From Escherichia coli (lineage in GTDB: Bacteria > Pseudomonadota > Gammaproteobacteria > Enterobacterales > Enterobacteriaceae), in assembly GCF_046105845.1 (NCBI RefSeq), contig NZ_CP151004.1: 64,000 nucleotides of DNA; one strand, written 5' to 3'. Positions 63,699 through 64,000 of this stretch are shown here, piece by piece (the stretch's first letter is position 1; each line of letters starts with the position of its first letter). The notes below the pieces were generated by a model that was given only the letters and a program-made list of their open reading frames with translations, did no database searches and was not told the DNA's origin. A program made the position numbers and the translations under genes.

Positions 63699-64000
63699 TT
63701 ACTCAGCCTTCCCATCAAGCCAGTCCGCCCACCACTGCATCATTTCTCTGCGCTTATCGAGATACTGAGCATGGTTGTAAATCCCGCGCACAGATCCGCC
63801 GTTGGCATGTGCCAGTTGCACTTCAATAGCATCAGCAGGCCATTCGTGCTCGTTCATAATCGTGCTGAATTCATGCCTGAATCCGTGACCGCTTTCCAGA
63901 CCTTCATAGCCGATTTGTTTGATCACAAGCAATACCGCGTTCTCGCAGATTGGCTTCTTCTTATCGTTACGCCCGGAAAAAACAAACTCTGATACTGGTT
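63699..64000 (-). CDS. intS: tyrosine integrase, C-terminal catalytic part (5' end outside window)
   Basis: Frame is open to the window edge; C-terminal catalytic motifs HGFRHEF and GIYNHAQY; at the prophage end opposite torI. Confidence 0.8.
   Translation of the reverse strand, partial: PVSEFVFSGRNDKKKPICENAVLLVIKQIGYEGLESGHGFRHEFSTIMNEHEWPADAIEVQLAHANGGSVRGIYNHAQYLDKRREMMQWWADWLDGKAE

Larger units (their letters stand above)
27361..64000. mobile_element. Sf6/P22-like temperate prophage at the argW att site (right end beyond the window)
   Basis: A contiguous phage gene set from the TorI excisionase to the integrase; the left junction carries a 15-bp copy of the argW 3' end; the integrase ORF is cut by the window edge. 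Confidence 0.9.

Noticed and set aside
1-64000. CRISPR arrays, IS elements, rRNA
   Set aside because: No regularly spaced direct repeats, no transposase-like ORFs with terminal inverted repeats, and no rRNA-like sequence were seen.

Overview
The window is Escherichia coli chromosome, read from sequence alone. It has three parts. (1) 1-21.8 kb is conserved core in K-12 gene order (inverted relative to K-12): ypdB', ypdA, alaC, ypdK, lpxP, yfdY, ypdI, yfdX, frc, oxc, yfdV, yfdE, evgS, evgA, emrK, emrY, dsdA. (2) 21.8-27.4 kb is a cscRAKB sucrose-utilisation insertion that has replaced dsdC and most of dsdX, leaving only a 3' dsdX remnant next to an intact dsdA. (3) 27.36 kb to the window end is an Sf6/P22-like temperate prophage at the argW att site, with a 15-bp argW 3'-end core at the left junction and a partial integrase running off the right edge. 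The prophage is a mosaic: TorI-type excisionase at the far end from the integrase, a P22-type PL operon (gene 24/N-like, ral, c3, kil, arf, erf), P22 c2-cro-c1 immunity, O-like/DnaB-like replication, a nin region with rusA, lambda-type Q and S-R-Rz/Rz1 lysis, Sf6-like head and ejection genes, a P22 immI region (mnt-arc-ant), a chimeric tailspike and an O-antigen acyltransferase. No rRNA, CRISPR array, IS element or complete tRNA was identified. No large novel system stands out. The best candidates for undescribed functions are small low-GC moron cassettes inside the prophage: a T5orf172/GIY-YIG-like gene after the lysis cassette, an antisense two-gene cassette abutting terS, and a divergent membrane-protein/lipoprotein pair at the position P22 uses for superinfection exclusion. 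All identifications rest on reading the translations and motifs by eye and on recalled protein families; no database search was run.
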